The translations under genes were made by a program, and so were the position numbers. This document shows, piece by piece, positions 25,013 to 37,819 of a DNA stretch of 64,000 bases. The notes beneath the pieces are model-generated. The model was not told where the DNA came from, made no database searches, and worked only from the letters and a program-made list of their open reading frames with translations. The stretch's first letter is position 1. The number at the start of each line of letters is the position of its first letter. Source of the stretch: Lepidodermella squamata (taxonomy: Eukaryota > Animalia > Gastrotricha); the NCBI GenBank assembly GCA_047495785.1, contig JBLDXI010000001.1:1054001-1118000 (forward strand), written 5' to 3'.

Positions 25013-25926
25013 ATGGGCAAAAAACGCTACGCCGTTTTGGAAACCTTGCACGTTTTCAAAAATCCTTTGCTTGAGACTAAGGCAAGAGATGACGGTTTTA
25101 ATATCGTATGCCTCCATGTAATTTTCTAATTTTTCAGGCGATCGACATCAAATCCCCCGATTTCCAACAATGGGCCCTCTATGGAGATAAACTCATTGAC
25201 TCCTATTTACTGGATGAGTTGCCTAGCAACGGGCCATTGCGAGACATTGTAAAGAGCAATGACATCTTGGGATCTATTGTTATAACGTTAGTTATTTCGG
25301 AAATCAAGTATACAGTATAAATTTTGTATTTATTGCATTCCGGATTTTCAGTAGGGGCATTGGTGGAATCGGCCGAGCGCAAAGGCAAATGGCTGATGGC
25401 CAGCTTGCCCAGCAAATCGTTGACCTCCAGACAAGCTACCGGCAGTTAGCTCGGCAAAATCCGCAATCTAATTGCGGAGCTTTCTATCGACCTGGTTTCC
25501 TGGAGAATCGATCTTGCAAAGTCTACGCTGTTCCCAAGACGCTAGGAGACATTTTCGAAGCTTACATATTCGCCATATGGCATGACGTTGTTGGCGATGA
25601 AGCAGCGAAGATGAAAGTAGTCAACAGCGTTCTGCATAAAGCTTTACGCCCTTTCATTGGTAAGAAATGGAAATTCTCGAGGTTATGCTATACATTCTAC
25701 TCCCCTTACAGATTATTGTCTGGCTGTTGGTATTGAGAATCCTACACTTAAGTATTGCAACGAGCTGACTGACTCTGTGAATACTGGGCGTCGATTTGTC
25801 ACGGAGTTTCTACATATTAGCAAATTTCGAGGAGTTGGACGAAATACCGATGTTGCTAACGCCGCGGCGGCTTTGATCCTTTGGACAAAAAACAAGGGAC
25901 GCTGGCCGTGGTTGATTCAGCGATAA
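25013..25926 (+). CDS. Small RNase III + dsRBD-like protein resembling the C-terminus of Dicer; exons about 25013-25081, 25138-25286, 25352-25659, 25712-25926 (5' end uncertain)
   Basis: HVFKNPLLETKA; degenerate signature FQQWALYGDKLIDSYL; VPKTLGDIFEAYIFAIWHD (Dicer RNase IIIb-type); KFRGVGRNTDVANAAAA (Dicer dsRBD-type). Splice phases are consistent. Confidence 0.72.
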
Positions 25927-25941
25927 AGCCATTAATACAAT

Positions 25942-26190
25942 TTATTGAATAACTACTGTATCATTAGTGAATAATATTCCAGAATAGCCATCTGAATTGT
26001 CTTCAATTGTAACTACTGGCTGATATTGCTCGTCGACAATAATGGCGGAGATGTCGACCGGGTGCTGTTCCGTATTGAAGCGAAGTCGAGCGTTGTTGAG
26101 GTAGCTATTGAAAGCAACGAGGCTGGTGATGATGAAGCAGCTAGCAACTGAAAACATCGCTGCCACTTGATATCGAATAGCTACTGTCAT
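25942..26190 (-). pseudogene. 82-aa ORF with N-terminal TM helix; probable truncated LicD-array member or small membrane protein
   Basis: Same strand and spacing as array genes (ATG 135 bp after the stop of copy 6). Short basic N-tail, TM and stem, but no catalytic domain. AATAAA overlaps the stop. Confidence 0.4.
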
Positions 26191-26325
26191 TTCTCGTCTA
26201 TATGAACCATGTGAAGCTCATGAAATTTCCTTCTGATATTTTATTATTGCCCTAGTTATATTGACAAAGTTGCAGCTGAATAAAAAAGATGCCCACACCA
26301 GAATTTGGCAACTAGTAATTCGCGC

Positions 26326-27684
26326 TCAGGTTTTAGTAACAAGCTCTGATGAATTCGAATAACTGAAGATGGCATCCAGGTTCGTCATTGGGTATATCGC
26401 AGCTAGCTGCGAGCAGTTCAGCTTTGGCGTCTTACCCAGTACGTACGCTTCGACGCGATGGTCCCAGGTTTGTCCTGCGGAGATTAAATAATGTAACGCA
26501 TTTAACATGCAAAGCGAAATAGAAATTGATCGTGCTGCCTTCATAAAGCTCCTAGTTTAATATGAGGTGGGGTTTAATGCCTCAGGCGCAAATCATCCCA
26601 AAGCTTCAAACCACAGAAATTAAGAAATTGCATTGGTTTCCCCATTATTGGTCGTTACATGTACTTCATTAGCAGCATTATTATAACGTAAATTACCTAC
26701 CTGAGCAAATCGTCAGATTGTAGCTGTTCCACAGCACCTTTGCCGGGTCCTTAGGAATGTTGACTTCAACACCCTCGAAAGTCGACTTGCTGAACGGATA
26801 AATCCATTTCCAAGGAAACTGAAAGTTTAAGAAAATCGATGAAACGGCGCTGCATAACATTCCTTTTTGTATCTATCACTGATCCAAATCGTAATTAAAG
26901 GAATAATTTTTATCATTTCATGGAAGACATCGCCATGCAGTAATTGTAACAATGTAAACTTACGAACATGGAAATTATCATATCTATAATCCGGGTCAGA
27001 TACGAGAACATCTTCGATATCGACATTGAAAGGGTCATAGATTTGCTCGCCACTTGAAATCGACGTTACGTTCATCAAATGAATGTCGAGGAATGGCCAG
27101 CGCCATCTGTGTTTTCGGATAGCGAATGAGTCCCTGTCAGACAACGAGAAACATTTCATCCGAGCGAATTTGCTCTCAGCAACGAATTTGAATGGCCCGA
27201 ATTCTTTCATAAACTCAGATCGAGCTGTTACTTTTCGCAGTAGCTTGGTGTAATTATGGTGGTTTCCTCCGAATTTGGCTATGGTTGGCAACAATGCCAC
27301 GTCGATGTCATCGTCCCACGGGATCATTGACTTGTTATGCCGGTACCAGCCAATCAGGCTGCCAGAATACAGAAAATGCGACAAGCCAGCATATTCAAGG
27401 GCTTTCAGGCAGGCTCGAAGATTGAAGGCGTACAATTCGTGCTGTTTCTCGTTCATAACATCTTCATACAGTTCATCCAAGTCAACCGACTGATTGGTAG
27501 AGGCTGCGACTTTCATATTCCCATGACTATCACGAATCGTCAACTGTACAAGCATCGTGGTGATATCGAGGCCATTAGAATTTTGAGAGGTTAGTTCGTC
27601 GAGAATTTGTAACAAAGCAAGCACCCCGAATAAAAAAATGAAGCATAGAAAACCATAAGGAATGAATTTATTAAGAGACGTCAT
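26326..27684 (-). CDS. LicD-family phosphotransferase, copy 6 (3 exons)
   Basis: GSLIGWYRH, IPWDDDID; exon 2 FPWKWIYPFSKSTFEGV; exon 3 WDHRVE...YPMTNL. Confidence 0.88.
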
Positions 27685-28486
27685 GGACTTATCCTATACT
27701 GATCGAGATGACGTCAGGATAACGGTATAAAATCTTTGCCGATCTTCGTGTGAAGACTGCATGATGCGCCAAGAAATTTGGCAGCTGTACAAACACAAAT
27801 AAGATAACACCGAGCTTTATCCAAATTCAGTTCGCTATCCCATTGAGCTTGGTTTTTGGTTTAAAGCCATTTGACTTAGTGCTAAGTACTTGAAAAATGA
27901 CGATCGTGATGTTTGCCTGCCGAATGATTCATCGGGGTTTACTTTATTTTACTCATTCCGCTGTCATTTGCTTACGACTCTCGATTCATCAAAATTGTCT
28001 TCATTTTCATTAGCGTGAACTTCAGTCATGGTTGAGATCTTACTCGTGATGCCGCTGAATAAACACGCCTTCCTGCGCCTACGAGTTCTTATAGCGCAGT
28101 AATTTGCCTAATACTGCGCAGAATCAAGTGACCATTGAAACAAACAAGCTGGCGGTTGTGCGACATCTGAACACATTTCTTGCATTTCCACTGGGCGCTG
28201 ACACTTGCGTTGGCGGGCTTTGTATTGACACACTATCTACTGGTTTCATGCCGCGATGAAGATTTTGAACAAGACCGTAGAAAATGCGAGGCTGTGCACT
28301 AAATCGTCTTTTTATTATTGTGCAGAAAGACTGTCAACAACTGATCGAAAAATGTATTTTATTGAGGCTGCTTCGCTGGATTTAAGAAACTTATTGTACT
28401 TATCACGAATTAAGAGACAGCCCAATATATCACTTTGCGGAAAGTCCTGACTGATAATTTGTAGAAAACCGTTTCCGACATGGCGC

Positions 28487-29603
28487 TCAAGGCAAACCAG
28501 ACTCTGTAGACTCCGCATAACCGTAGATAGCATCCAAATTTGTCATCGGGTATGTTGCAGCCAGTTGCGAGCAGCTGATCCCAGGCGCTTGAGCAAAGTT
28601 TATCATTGTTTCCAAGCGATGGTCCCATATTGGTCCTGAAACAGAATAATTCTCTCAAACGCTGAACTAAAATAACCACTTCTCCGCGCCAGAAAGCATA
28701 ATTCCATTCTTAACAAACCTAAACAAACCGTCAGATTATAAGTTTTCCAGAGAACTTTCAGGGGATCTTTTGGAATGTTGACCGGAACTCCCTCGAACAT
28801 CGATTGGTCGTAGGGATGAATCCATCTCAGAGGAAACTGAAACATCGCTATACTGTCGCTATATGGCGATGCATAACGCTCCTTACTTTGAATTTTTGGC
28901 CGTACATTAAATCCGGATCAGCCACTAGAACATCGTCGCTGTCTGCTTCATTGGGGTTATAGATTGGCTCGCCAGTGGAGATAGACGTTACGTTAAGCAA
29001 GTGGATATCGAGGAAAGGCCAACGCCACGGTTTATCCCCTTGAACAGGACGTGAATTCATTTTAGAAAGCGAGAAGCATTTCATCCGAGTGACATCCATC
29101 TCAGCGGCAAAGTCGAAGAGCCCAAATTCCTCGATGAACTCCGGTAGAGCGGCAGCTTCACGCAATATTTCCACGTACGCATGGTGGTCTCTTCCGAATT
29201 CGGCTATTGTTGGCATCAGAGCAAAGTCAATGTCATCGTCCCACGGGACCATTGACTTGTTATGCCGGTACCAGCCAATCAGGCTGCCAGAATACAGGAA
29301 ATGTGACAAACCAGCGTATTCAAGGGCTTTCAGACATGCTCGCAGATTGAAAGCGTACAATTCATGTTCCTTTTCACTCAAAGCATCTTCGAAAAGCTCG
29401 TCAATCGCATAAGAACTCGTCGCTGTATCAACTACGTGGCTAGCTCGAACGTTGAACAGATGGCGCAGCGCGGCAGATATATGAATGGACAGTGATTCTT
29501 GAAAACTACGAGGTGATGTCAACCTTGCGACGATTATAAACAAGTTGAAGCAACCAAAGGCTATGACTAATCGGGTATATTTTGTAAGCATCGCTTTTCT
29601 CAT
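28487..29603 (-). CDS. LicD-family phosphotransferase, copy 7 (3 exons)
   Basis: Closest to copy 6; VPWDDDID; exon 3 WDHRLE...YPMTNLDAIYG. Confidence 0.87.
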
Positions 29604-30403
29604 GCACCGAGGCTGATCGCTTAAGTCTATGGCTATCAGTAAGAGGATGCATGAGTTGTGAGCTATGGCATCTGTATAAACAAAAACATCCCAGACATTA
29701 GCGATCGATGTAACGTTTACCACGCTAACAAACTGAAAGCCTTAGACATAGGGTATTTCGATGCTATGTTCGATTTGAATAGGTAGCAGTAATCTTCAAT
29801 TTCAAGACTTGATTGGCTCTGCACATTTTTCATATAAACCACGATCGATTTTGAATGCATTTGGAAACAAATTAATTGCTTTTCTTTGGCCTTGGGTCTT
29901 CTGTCGTGCATCATTTACATTTACATTGTGTTATATGCATTTACCGTCGGCATATAACTTCACCTCATGAAACCTAGGCCGAAGCTCGATGTTAGCCTCG
30001 CGCGTAAGTGTAGAGGGAGGACTGGGTCACACGATGCACCTACACATCCTTCCATCCCTGCTACAGCGTACAGCGTACTCATGGTTAATGTACTCTATCG
30101 TACCCCTAGCGTCACGCGGCCTCGAGCAAAGGTTTCACATTGTCTACTCGAGTAGCATTTTTTAGGCGTTAAACCCACGACCTTATGCACATAGGCTAGC
30201 TTCCTTATCCACTAGGCCAGTGCTCCCCAAAGTGCATCATGCTGCTGGATAAATAAATCTTGGCAGCATATCTTGAGCAGCTGATCATTTTTGAAGTGGC
30301 TGATGTTTGATCAGTGTAAATAAGAAAAATAACCAGTGCTTCCGCTCTTTTGCGTCGGCGGACAAGCTCAGGTTTATTGAATGATTCCTCTATAGTTCCT
30401 GGC

Positions 30404-31446
30404 CTATTTCAAAATTGTGTCCATATTCGTCAAAGGGTAGTATGGAGCAAGATCGGCACAGGGAACAGTGACAGCGGGTTTATGATAAACTAAATAGAAT
30501 TCGCCGCGATGATTCCATGTCGATTCTATCATTTATAAAAAAAAATTGAACATATCATAACAGTTATCAATTGACCCACCTTTGCAGAACTTTAGATTGT
30601 AGGCTAATGTGAGGTAGCGATGAGTATCGTGAGGAATATTGACTTCGACCCCTTCGAACATCGCCTTCCGTACGGGCCAAACTACTTCAAGTGGATACTG
30701 GAGCGAAAAAACAAAATAATTTCGTCATTGTCACTAAATTTTAGGTGGACAACTTTTTCATCGGATATATCGGGAGCCTCGAGTATAACATCAGCTCTGT
30801 CGACACCTGCTGCGAGTGGGTTGTCGATCTCTTCAAGCGTTGATTTTAAATAAGGCACCATGATGAAGATATCGAGAAATGGCCACCGCCAGTCTATGTA
30901 ATCGAAGGTTGTAATCGAATACGACAGCGACTCATCGAGTGAAAAGCATTTGATCTTGAAGTCCTCTTGCGTTGTTATACCAATCCTGCCATACTGGGCG
31001 ATGTAGTCTTCCTCGGCTGCCAACTTGATTAGATATTCTGCATACAGATCAACATCTCTACCAAGTTCGGGCATTGTCGGAATGATTGCTACGTCAACAT
31101 CGTCGTCCCAAGGAATCATTGATTTGTCATGCCGGTACCAGCCAATCAGCGAGCCAGCGTGGATGTAGTGAACCATATTGGCCCTATCCAACAGATCCAT
31201 GCAAGCGCGCATGTTGAAAGCATACCATTCGTGCTCGGTTTCATCAAGGATGTCCGGATAATGTTCTTCAATGAAAGAATCATTCAAGGGTAAACTAGCT
31301 CCGCTGATGAGAACCTTCTTTGGCGGCGTTTTAGCTACACCTTTGTCAGTGCTTTGTTTCAGTAGAATCACCGTAAAAATGAATACAGCAGCTGCAAGAG
31401 AGCTGCAGATAATACAGGAAGATAATCTTCTCGGAAAAGGAAACAT
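30404..31446 (-). CDS. LicD-family phosphotransferase, copy 8 (3 exons)
   Basis: HEWYAFNMRAC; GSLIGWYRH; IPWDDDVD; exon 3 WNHRGE...YPLTNM. Confidence 0.88.
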
Positions 31447-32393
31447 GGCTTTATCTGCTGAAATCGCACCTTTGCCAACTAGTTAAGCTGGACTGGCATC
31501 TGATTAAATAGAAACGCCGACTCAAGTGCTCGTCTACAATCATAATCTCGTTTATGCCGAGAAGTACGTCATCTTTCCTGAACTAAAAAACACGGGGCTT
31601 TAACCCTTTTCTAACGGTGGGACAAGTTAAGGAAATTCGACTTTGACGGTAAATGAAGGTAAGAATCGATCGCAAGAAAAAATATTCCCTATAATCAAAT
31701 ATTTCTTATTTTAAACTTTAAACTTTTATTTTCGCTAACTAAATTTATCGGCGGCTATGCTGCATGAAAAAGTTTGCCTTGATCGAATCGGTTTCAGCGC
31801 ATCCTTAATGGCCAACATCTCCATAAGACGAAGCAGTCCCATTTGTTGCGACCTTTCGCCTTGACATTAGAACCTCGATGTTATATATCAGTGTCCTCCT
31901 TCGCAACACCATGGCACACATTTTTGAAAGGGTCCGAATTACTTGGAACGTCTGAATTTTCTTCCTTACCAAAATTTCAGGGGCGAGGTTTGAAACCCAC
32001 ATATATGCAAATTATAGCGTCCATAATACCAAAATTAATTTACCAAATGCATGTTTCAAGTTCCTGAAAATCAGGTAAAAATAAGAAAATTCTTCAAATT
32101 TGCAGGAAAATCAGAAATTACCTTGGCTCGCATTAGGCTCAAAAGATGACATTTTGGGAGGGAAATTGATAAATTGCACATAAACTCGCTAAACATTTTT
32201 ACTGATGAATCGAATCCTATAAAAACTGCAACACTCTGGTGAGGCTTGAAATATTTTTATTCACCATGCAGCTTTCTCCTCAAATGTGATGATTGTCACA
32301 GACAGAAATAATAAATGATTCAAAATTGTGTAAGTCAGATTAAACCCCAACCAGGTTTATTGCAGGCTTCAGAATAATTTTTATTGTTAACTG

Positions 32394-33688
32394 TCAACCC
32401 TGATAAATTGACGCTAGGTTAGTGAATTTAACAAATCCTGTAAGTTGAGAACAATTCACACGCGTCACTTTTTCCCAATCGACTTCAATCTCCTCCTTCC
32501 GATGATTGTACCACATCGCTATAAGATGATTAACAGCTTAATTGAATCTGTTTTATATTCACTACAAACCTTACCTTCACATAATTTAAGGTTATAAGTT
32601 TTGCTGAGCACTTTTTCGACTTCTCGAGGCAGGTAAACGCCGGAACTTTCGAACCGGCCTCTTCTCAATGGGAAAATCCAATTCAGCGGATACTTGAATC
32701 AAATAACCTATGATTAAATTAGTTTAAAGAATGGAGGTTTCCTTACCTGAAAATCGGAATCACGGGGATCTTCGATCAGAACATCTGTTAAATTCGTGGC
32801 CCAAGGATCGAAAACTCGATCCCATGTCGCTTCAGAGTAGACGTGCATGAAATGAATATCGACAAAAGGCCAGCGCCAGGACATGCTACTAATTGCGAAA
32901 GAATCATCCTCCGACTGCGAGTAACACTTCAGTTTGATACCGTCCTGTTCCGCAATCGTCAGATTACCGAAAATTTGCTGGAACATGAACTCATCCGCTT
33001 TCCTCTGCAGCATTTCTCTGTAAAACGTCAAGTTACGATCAGCCTCTGGGAATGTTGGCAGAAGGGCTATGTCGATATCATCGTCCCAGGGTATTACTGA
33101 CTGGCCATGTCGGTACCATCCTATAAGGCTACCACCATACAGGAAAAACGTGGCGCCGGAACTTTCTAGAAGAGATACGCAACTTCTCAGAACACTGACG
33201 TACATGTGATGCTCTTTAGGGGTCATAGCGGTTCGAAAAATCGTTCGCAGAGGCTCATCTTCGCTCTTTAGATTGGTTGTAGTCGCCGTTGTATTCGACA
33301 TTGTCTGATTTGCTATCCTGGCGAAGACTGGCTGACTCCTCTTTTTGCCGAAGAAACGAGCGCCAGAGTTTGAGAGCTGTATGACCTTTTTAGTGGAATT
33401 CCCCGGGAATCGAAGCAATTCATCGACAATATCAGTCGTGTTGCGCTGATCCTCCTTAAGGACACTTCTTGCCTTTGAAATCGGCGCGAATTCATCGAAA
33501 ATCGCTTCGGCCCGATCGTCCGAGATTTCGAAGTCTTCTACGTCGATTTCATCCTCCAAACTTCTCATCTCTTCGCCACCGTCGAATTTCAATTTGAAAA
33601 ATAGAAAAAAGCCTGACGAGACTATTACAGTACAGGCGAGTAGGGCCAGGCCCCATCTGGCAGACCGCCGGCGTAGGATGTTCCGCAT
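32394..33688 (-). CDS. LicD-family phosphotransferase, copy 9 (3 exons, long stem)
   Basis: GGSLIGWYRH; IPWDDDID; exon 3 WYNHRKEE...KFTNL. Confidence 0.88.
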
Positions 33689-34281
33689 TGAGGAGCGTTT
33701 TTTACGCCTTTGACCTCAGGAAGCTCAGGATAAATTATTGGGTAATTAAGGCCAGGTGGCGCATGTTAGCGAATTGCGATGATTTTTAACAACTCTCAAC
33801 TTGAAAATTCGAAAAGATGAATCGAAAATTTCGGGTTTAAGAATAATCGTCAGGTAACATCTAGAATTTAAGAAAACGTCACCAATTTAAAAAAAATGAT
33901 TAAAATCGTAAAATTAAAAAAAAAACTTCGCTGGGATGAGCCATTTCCTTTTATTAAAATATTAAAAATAATTAGCGGTTTTATTTTATTATTCAGTGTT
34001 TTCCGATGTTGTTATTTGCATGTTTCTTTCTCCGGCCACTGGTAATTTGTCAATGAGCAGGTGCGTGTTATGATGCCACCATAGTTTATATTGATATGTT
34101 TTCCACGGGAGGCGGGAGGAATATGTTCCGATCGGAGAGCAGATATAAACAGCTGCGAAGCCGCCGGAAATATGTTGATACTTTCCCGTGCGATTATAGC
34201 GTCACGTCGCCATGTAATAAACATCGTTATTTTCAAAAAATTCGCAACATTTATTTTTTTCATCTCAGTTTTGAGAAACAA

Positions 34282-35312
34282 TCACTGCGTCCTGATGTTC
34301 GTAAAATTGTACATCGATGTTAAAGTTGAGCATTCAACTATTTGGCTGAGAACATGAACCTCGTTGCGATGATCATAGCTCGCCGCTAGAAAGAAAAACA
34401 GGAGCAAATATAAATAAAACAAATTCAATGATGACTCACATTTGCAAACGCTGATATTGTAAGACGAACTTAGCAAGGCGGCAGCATTTTTCGGTACAAA
34501 AACTGGAACGTTTTCGAAAGTTGACGATTGGAGCGGAAATATCCAGTCATACTTGTAGTTATCCTGGGATGAATGAATTAGACAAATTCTAAAATACCTA
34601 TGCTAATACAACATACCACTTGATATCGCAAATCTGTGATAACAACTTTGCCGTCTGATTCTAGGTTTTTCATTATAAAAAAGTCGATATAAGGCCATCG
34701 CCAGCTATAGCCAGGAATCTCCCAGGAAATTCGCGCATCGGTCGAGTAACATTTCAGGAAACCTTCCCCAGTTGTGTGAACACCGAAACTCGGCTCATTT
34801 GTCGTAACAGAACTGATAACATCAGCAATTTCCGATTCTTGAAGGTTCCCAGATTGATAGATAGCGAAATCGATGTCGTCATCCCACGGTATCCTTTTGC
34901 CTCCATGTCGATACCAGCCGAGAAGTGTTCCGTATGTGATTGAATGCGTTAAATTTGAGGCTCGAAGCATTTTGTTGCATTCTTCCAGAACTTTCCTAAA
35001 AGCCAATCGCTCTTCTTCAGATCGAAGCGCTTGCTCGAAATCACTCTGCCTGTCCCAATCTTTGAGCACCTTTTTAGTTGTTGTTTCTTCAAGGCGTTTC
35101 GTTGTTGTTTTAGACTTGAGCCGATTTATGTAGAATTCTTCATTCGAGTTGATGGTTTGAATAACTAGCGTAGATTCCGAACCTCGGCTTACCCTGACTA
35201 TCGCAAAATTGAGAAGTAAGACAGCTACAACAACGGCCAGCGAATAAAGAAATCGAAGATTTACCGGTAGTGTAATTGGCTGGTTTTGATTAAATGCAGC
35301 CGAGTTAATCAT
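34282..35312 (-). CDS. LicD-family phosphotransferase, copy 10 (3 exons)
   Basis: GTLLGWYRH; IPWDDDID; exon 3 YDHRNE...YNFTNI. Confidence 0.88.
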
Positions 35313-35512
35313 GATATACCTGAAGGACTAAGAATAGCGAGCCATGGAATCATGCGCCTTCTGAATGGATATCCCGTGTTTACTCGAACTCCTAGATCTC
35401 AGACACTCGTTGTTTTTTTGACAAGCATCGTAGCAGAACAATAGGATGCCCTTGAATAGGCTTTACCAAGCGCTTCCTGTTCTCATGAGTCGTATCCAAT
35501 TTATTAGAAAAG

Positions 35513-36566
35513 CTATCTTTGATTATGAAGAAAGTCCAAATTTGTGAAATTGTAATGACTAGCCAGTTGAGAGCAGTCCACTTGCTGTATGGTGACTTCG
35601 TCCAACCCGAGCTCTTGTCGGTGATTCCAATAAGAAGCTAATTAAATCAATTAAAAATCAATGAAAAAGTTCCCAGAAATTAATACCTTGGCAGATGTCG
35701 ATGCTGGAGTATCTTCGTCTAAGGACTTTCTCAACATTCCTAGGGACAGAAACTTCAACTCCTTCGAAAATAGAGTGTTTCAACGGGAATATCCATTCGC
35801 TAGGAAACGAGAACCCGCCATGGCGCTCAATTTCCTTCACAGTTTTAGACATCGGATCTGATCGAAGAAGGAAAATATCAATGAAGGGCCAGTGCCATTG
35901 CATTCCAGGAATTTTTCTCGAAATTTTCGGTGACTTGGAAAAGCATTTTAAAGCCCGTATATTTTTCTGATTAAATATCGTAAAATTCGGGTATAATTCC
36001 TTGAATGTCGCGTTGGCCCTCGCGCTGTTCACGATCAGCTGTCTGTAATTCGAATTTCGCCCAATCATCGTTGAGTATAGCGCAAGGTCAATATCGTCGT
36101 CCCACGGTATCATTTTCCTACCATGCCGATACCAGCCAATCAATGACCCATAAAATAGGGAAAAGGTCAAATTAGCATTTCTCAGCATTTCGACGCATCC
36201 TTTAAAAGTAGTTACAACAGCCTGGTGTTGATCTTCATTCAGCGCGCGGCGGAAAATTTTCGAAATTTCGGATCGGTTGAGCTTCGGCTTATCGGTCAAT
36301 ACGTAATAATCCTCCGATTCAGATTCGTTGAACCTCAAGCCGTGGTAAAATTTCATGAGACGTAAATAATTTTCCGAATAATCGTCAGATTCATCGTCGT
36401 TATTTTCTTCTTTACCGATCTGCGAAATCGGGTTCCCATTCAATTTCCGATCGCTTAGTCGAATTTGTAAATTAAATGTGATGAAAGCTGCGAGTGAGAA
36501 TAGAGACAAGGCGCTGAGCCAGAATGCGATGAGTTGCCCAAAGATTCTCGGTGATAAGTTGCTCAT
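35513..36566 (-). CDS. LicD-family phosphotransferase, copy 11 (2 exons)
   Basis: GSLIGWYRH; IPWDDDID; no intron 1; last exon WNHRQE...YNFTNL. Confidence 0.88.
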
Positions 36567-37063
36567 TTAAACATGAACAAGAGAGAAAATTTACTGCGGC
36601 TACGACAAACAAGCTATGTTGTAGTATATTTTGCCATCGTTCCACTAGTGGAATGTGAGAATTAAACCTCGTTGAAAACACGTCTATTTATTTCACAGCA
36701 CGACTAAAATGTGCTTGCTGACCAGTGTTGTTTTCCTAATCCTTCTCATTCATCAAAGTTGCTCTCTGACTATAAAGGGACTGATAATATTATTTTGACC
36801 GCAATTAAGCATTCATTTCGTCGTTGGTGCAGCAAAAAGTCCTATCTCCATCCAAAATCGAAAATGAGATATTAACAGTTGGCTGCTCAGTTTTTCACGC
36901 TGGTCAGTGATCTGAAAACCGCATTATAAAATTCGCCAAGGATCAAAAGTTGAATCCTCCACTTTCATGGATTTTTTTTCGAGTTTAACTTATCCAGTAC
37001 GAGTGAAGTTATTTAATGCCAGAACTCCAGATCCAACCAGTCCTTTTTCTGCGGAATTGAATC

Positions 37064-37293
37064 GAAATCGAAAGCTGAAGAATCGCAAATTCGCGTTTTA
37101 CGGTGGATCTTTGATTAACCATTTGGACTATACACAGAAACTTTGTCCCAAGGCCGGAATCAGCTAGATGCGACTGATGAAGAACATGGGCTCGTCTACT
37201 GGTTAGCAATCTTCAAATTTTCTGTGTAGTCCAAATGGTTAATCAAAGATCCACCGTAAAACGCGAATTTGCGATTCTTCAGCTTTCGATTTC
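37064..37293. repeat. Near-perfect inverted repeat of about 80 bp (37064-37145 / 37214-37293, 68 nt spacer)
   Basis: GAAATCGAAAGCTGAAGAATCGCAAATTCGCGTTTTACGGTGGATCTTTGATTAACCATTTGGACTA recurs as its exact reverse complement; the inner ends of the arms differ by a 2-nt indel and one mismatch. Confidence 0.9.
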
Positions 37294-37819
37294 AACTTTT
37301 CCACTTAGAAAAGTCCTATCTCCATGGTAGAGGGCATCAAAAGAGCTACATGCAGCTTAAAAAGTATTCAATCTCGACATAAAATGGTGATTACTCGGAA
37401 AAATCGGAAGCAAATATAAAAAATCGCGAGGATTCGAACTACAACTGTGCGATCCTCAATGACTAGCGTACAAATCAGACATATTTTATCAAAATTATTA
37501 CAAAATAGCGCCAAAAATAAATAATTTCGCGAGGACTCGTAACACAATCGTTCAAAATAACATGAACAGTTAATAAAAAATCCAACAAAAAGTCCTATCT
37601 GCATAGCGCTATAACGATGCGTCACTGGTCGAAATGGCCGACACCATTCGATTCGCCTGATCTTAATCTTAAAGTGAAGTCAGCACAGTTTTTGCTGAAC
37701 ATTTTGAAAATTAAGCTGTTTTTCGATTGATCTATAACAATTATTTTCGACTTTTTGCCGACGATTTACAACAAAATCGGAATATAAAAATATTGTTTAT
37801 TCACTATCTCAAAAAATAT

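Noticed and set aside
29940-30250. Compositionally distinct spacers (also 19490-19800 and 47570-47960) as transposon fragments
   Set aside because: No terminal repeats, TSDs, second copies or coding motifs were found within the window.
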